A DNA stretch of 64,000 nt, from NCBI RefSeq assembly GCF_006345805.1, contig NC_043008.1:34658001-34722000 (forward strand), written 5' to 3'. A program made the position numbers and the translations under genes. The stretch is from Octopus sinensis. Lineage: Eukaryota. Shown piece after piece: positions 63,367-64,000 of the stretch (its first letter is position 1; each line of letters opens with the position of its first letter). The notes below the pieces were generated by a model, which was not told the origin of the DNA, made no database searches, and saw only the letters and a program-made list of their open reading frames with translations.

Positions 63367-64000
63367 CATCATCATCATCATCATCATCATCGTTTAACGT
63401 CCGTTTTCCGCGCTAGCACGGGTTGGACGGTTTCGACCGGGGTCTGGGGAGCCAGGGCTGCCCCAGGCTCCAGTCTGGTCTGGCAGTGTTTCTACAGCTG
63501 GATGCCCTTCCTAACGCCAACCACTCCGCGAGTGTAGTGGGTGCTTTTTACGTGCCACCTGCACAGGTGCCAGAGGGGTCTGGCATCGGCCACGGTCAGT
63601 TGGTGCTTTTTATGTGCCACCTGCACAGAAGCCAGTCGGGGCGGTGCTGGCATCGGCCACGTTCGGATGGTGCTTTTTATGTGGGGGGGAGGGTGCAGAA
63701 ATATAGGGGAGCACCAGTGGGGAGGGGTGTTCGGAGAAACGATGACAGGTTCTAGACAAGTAGAACGTAGGGTATCACGAGAGGGGTAATGCATGGTGAA
63801 ATAGCGTATTGAAGAGCGGGGTTCGAAGAGTAGACACCTATAATGGTGGTGGGAGAAGCGACATCCGGTATAGATGGAGCAAAAATATAGAGATATCCGG
63901 TATTGGTGGTGGGGGTGGACAAGGGCGGGTGCACCGGGAATATGCGAAGGTTGAACTTGACGGGCTGGCTTAAAAATGCTCTTAGCAATGGAAGGGGGGA
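63367..64000 (-). mobile_element. (GAT)n-tailed retroposon family D (plus strand catcatcatcgtttaacgtcc...ggatgcccttcctaacgccaac)
   Basis: The same block recurs at about 25758-26135, 27802-27993, 37200-37900, 45238-45410, 48250-48424, 53455-53640 and 55418-55600. Confidence 0.7.

Noticed and set aside
47600-64000. Search for a second protein-coding gene downstream
   Set aside because: Every coding-like stretch resolved to LINE fragments or simple repeats. Short exons of a neighbouring gene could still have been missed by eye.

Overview
AT-rich, repeat-dense animal genomic DNA. The SINE families and microsatellite load look like an Octopus (coleoid cephalopod) genome, which is an inference I cannot verify here. 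The window holds one complete protein-coding gene on the + strand: a DDHD1-type intracellular phospholipase A1. I reconstructed it by hand as 14 GT-AG exons from 8184 to 44868 (2304 nt CDS, 767 aa), with the AHSLG lipase motif and all four DDHD-domain residues intact. The rest is intronic or intergenic and filled with at least four tRNA-SINE or SINE-like families, LINE RT fragments, a Tc1/mariner deletion derivative, TA- and TTAA-flanked MITEs, a candidate non-autonomous Helitron, a candidate solo LTR and a decayed 5S rRNA copy. It also contains long hairpins, two microsatellite-bounded tandem duplications and a TE-derived higher-order repeat array just past the gene's 3' end. I found no convincing new protein-coding system. 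The most interesting leads are non-coding and structural. All coordinates were counted by hand; repeat boundaries are approximate unless a TSD or TIR is quoted.
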